A DNA stretch of 64,000 nt from Pseudomonadota bacterium. Its GTDB lineage: Bacteria > Desulfobacterota > Binatia > UBA1149. The stretch spans positions 2,032 through 66,031 of the forward strand of contig JACNKC010000048.1 of the NCBI GenBank assembly GCA_014382245.1. Reading direction: 5' to 3'. Below are positions 62,073-64,000 of the stretch, one piece after another (position 1 is the stretch's first letter; each line of letters begins with the position of its first letter). A program made the translations under genes and the position numbers. The notes beneath the pieces are model-generated. The model worked only from the letters and a program-made list of their open reading frames with translations. It made no database searches and was not told the origin of the DNA.

Positions 62073-62977
62073 ACCTTCCGATCATGGTGCCGGGCCTCGA
62101 CCGCGACCGCTTGCTCGACTGGGCCCGCCGCATTGACGCCGGGCCGTTCAGCAGTATAGCCGCGGGTGAGCGCATATTTTTTCCCAACCCGGAGATCATG
62201 ATTGCCCTGACCGCGGCCGCGGCCGTCACCGAGCGGGTTGCCTTGCAGAGCTCGGTGGTGGTGTTGCCCATGCACGCCGAGTTGCACGTGGCCAAGCAGG
62301 TAGCCACGCTCGACATGTTGTCAGAAGGTCGCGTGGTACTGGGCGTGGGCGTGGGTGGTCGCCCAGAGGACTACCGCGCGTTCGGCCGTCCCTACGATCG
62401 GCGGCGCCTGCGTCGCATGCAGGAGCAGGTGGCCGTCATGCGGGCGGCGTGGCGCGGCGAGGAGACAGTGGAAGCCCTGCGGCCGATCGAACCGCGCTGC
62501 GTGCAGGAAGGCGGGCCGCCGGTGCTCGTGGGCGCCATCGATCCGCGCTCGATTGAACGCGCTGCCGCGTGGGCCGATGGCATATCGGGCTTCAGTTTCG
62601 GACCTTCGAGCGAAGAAACGGAGCTTGCCTGGAACACCGCGCGCGAGGCCTGGAAGGCCGCCGGTCGCGACAGCGCACCGCGCCTGGTCACGTCCTTCTG
62701 GTACGCGCTGGGGGCGGGCGCCCGCGACCAGCTCGACCAGGTGTTGCGTCGCTACCTGGCCTTCATGGGCCCTGAAATGGTGGACGCCATCGTGCCCATG
62801 GTGTTGATCGACTCGGCCGACAAGCTACGCGACGCCGTGCGGCGCATGGAAGACCTCGGGACCGACGAAGTGTTGCTGGTGCCCAGTACCACCGACCCCG
62901 ACGATGTTGATCGCGTGGCAGACATCCTGGGCGGCATGGTAGAGGCAGGCCCGGCGGCGCAGCCCGACAAGAGCTGA
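62057..62977 (+). CDS. Luciferase-like (LLM) flavin/F420-dependent oxidoreductase
   Basis: The start is set at the ATG at 62057, overlapping the previous gene by 16 nt. It has the LLM-typical block LSEGRVVLGVGVGGRPEDY. Confidence 0.7.
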   Translation: MQLGLNLPIMVPGLDRDRLLDWARRIDAGPFSSIAAGERIFFPNPEIMIALTAAAAVTERVALQSSVVVLPMHAELHVAKQVATLDMLSEGRVVLGVGVGGRPEDYRAFGRPYDRRRLRRMQEQVAVMRAAWRGEETVEALRPIEPRCVQEGGPPVLVGAIDPRSIERAAAWADGISGFSFGPSSEETELAWNTAREAWKAAGRDSAPRLVTSFWYALGAGARDQLDQVLRRYLAFMGPEMVDAIVPMVLIDSADKLRDAVRRMEDLGTDEVLLVPSTTDPDDVDRVADILGGMVEAGPAAQPDKS

Positions 62978-62982
62978 CAACA

Positions 62983-63423
62983 ATGGAGGATACGCAGATG
63001 GCAGAAGAACACCCGGCGCGTGCGGCGTCGCAACGCTCGATGAAACTGGTGCAGGAAAAACCCGAGGGCGCGCGCGAACAGTGGATTGCCTTGTTTGCAG
63101 ACGACGGTTGGATCGAAGACCCGGTCGGTGTTTCGCCACTCGACCCCGAGGGCAAGGGGCACCACGGGCCCGAGGGTATAGGCGCGTTCTGGGACGCGAC
63201 CATCGCCACCACCGGCATAAACTTTGAACTGGTCGATTCGTTTTCCTGTGGCAACGAGGTCGCCAACATCGGCCGCATTCACACCACCCAGCCCGACGGC
63301 AGCACGGCACTGTGCGAAGGCGTGTTCGTCTACCGCGTCAACGACGATGGTAAGCTGCAGTGCCTGCGGGCTTTCTGGGAGTTCGACCGCATGATGGCTA
63401 CCTTTGCGAGCCCGCCTGGATGA
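62983..63423 (+). CDS. NTF2-like (SnoaL / ketosteroid isomerase-like) protein
   Basis: 146 aa. The WIALFADDGWIEDPVG...GPEGIGAFWD pattern is typical of KSI/SnoaL-fold proteins. Confidence 0.6.
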   Translation: MEDTQMAEEHPARAASQRSMKLVQEKPEGAREQWIALFADDGWIEDPVGVSPLDPEGKGHHGPEGIGAFWDATIATTGINFELVDSFSCGNEVANIGRIHTTQPDGSTALCEGVFVYRVNDDGKLQCLRAFWEFDRMMATFASPPG

Positions 63424-63441
63424 TCGTTCCCGCCCGGGTGA

Positions 63442-64000
63442 TCAATTCCGCGCGAAGCTGACGCGGCCGCGGGTAACGGTAGTACGCACCATCGAACTCG
63501 ACAGCTCGTCGCGGGCTCGTGACCACTTGCGGTCGAGCACGACGAGGTCGGCCGGTTCTCCGGCCGCCAGCCGTCGCGGCGGCCCACCCGGGTTATGTGG
63601 CCAGCCGGTAAAAAGCTCCAGGGCCTGCTCGGGCGTAAGGCTCTCGTCGATGCCGAGGCCGCGGCCTCCGGACGTCTGCCTGTCGACCGCCGCCTGCATG
63701 GCCAGCCAGGGATCGGCGTCGCCGAAGGGCGCGTCGGTGCCCGCGCCCAGCCTGACGCCGCCATCCACGAAGCCCCGGCAGCGGTAGAGCAGGGGATGGT
63801 CGCTGCGTTCGACCTCGCGCAGGTAGGCGTCGCCGCGGCTGCGCACGAAGCCCGGCTGGGTGACCACCGCAAGGCCGAGTCCGCGCGCCAGTTGTACCGC
63901 TTCGTCGGGGCAGACCGATGCGTGTTCGAGGCGATCGCCTGGCACGGCGCCCGCCTGTTCGAAAGCCGCGAGCGCCAGGAACAACTCCACGCGGGTCACG
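63442..64000 (-). CDS. Amidohydrolase-3 (YtcJ-like metal-dependent hydrolase), C-terminal part, with its start outside the window
   Basis: Has LEHASV, GAGTDAPFGDADPW and GEPADLVVLD blocks. The ORF is open at the window edge. Confidence 0.7.
   Translation of the reverse strand, partial: VTRVELFLALAAFEQAGAVPGDRLEHASVCPDEAVQLARGLGLAVVTQPGFVRSRGDAYLREVERSDHPLLYRCRGFVDGGVRLGAGTDAPFGDADPWLAMQAAVDRQTSGGRGLGIDESLTPEQALELFTGWPHNPGGPPRRLAAGEPADLVVLDRKWSRARDELSSSMVRTTVTRGRVSFARN

Noticed and set aside
1-64000. Mobile elements, prophage, defence islands and toxin-antitoxin pairs.
   Set aside because: No integrase, transposase, recombinase, phage structural, restriction-modification or TA-like ORFs, and no terminal inverted repeats, were recognised. 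Composition looks uniform apart from short AT-richer promoter gaps.

Overview
This is a densely coding, high-GC (roughly two thirds G+C by eye) chromosomal segment from a diderm bacterium. I found no rRNA, tRNA, CRISPR array, transposase or integrase. There are four themes. (1) 1-13.4 kb: a Mo-hydroxylase small/large subunit pair, CoA-linked catabolic genes (amidohydrolase, thiolase-like/DUF35 pair, crotonase, family III CoA-transferase) and several secreted proteins. (2) 14.9-28.8 kb, all on the minus strand: a respiratory supercluster of two operons, each preceded by a sigma54-type -24/-12 box. The upstream operon encodes a Rieske/cytochrome b complex with a GltD-like NAD(P) flavoprotein and a membrane-anchored octahaem cytochrome c. 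The downstream operon encodes two dihaem cytochrome c peroxidases, a Tat-Rieske subunit, an AioA-like molybdopterin subunit, a blue-copper protein and a porin. This gene content matches iodate reductase (idrP1P2/idrBA) better than classical arsenite oxidase. (3) 35-47 kb and 58-63.4 kb: a large lipid/steroid-like CoA catabolic cluster (acyl-CoA ligases, a fused double CoA-transferase, NMO, EtfBA, DUF35/thiolase, a KstD-like flavoprotein, LLM oxidoreductases, crotonases, a KSI-like protein). Two palindromes in its promoter regions fit the actinobacterial KstR operator consensus. (4) 53.1-58.2 kb: a translationally coupled operon with a thioredoxin-fold fusion protein, a gene with an in-frame TGA read as selenocysteine in a U-G-S-C motif, and dioxygenase-like and LLM genes. 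A ~70-nt hairpin element precedes this operon, and a second copy with compensatory stem changes lies upstream of a ThDP enzyme gene. Housekeeping genes (glnS, typA) are interspersed. Most other six-frame ORFs are antisense or out-of-frame shadows typical of high-GC DNA. All family assignments come from motif recognition by eye, not from database searches.
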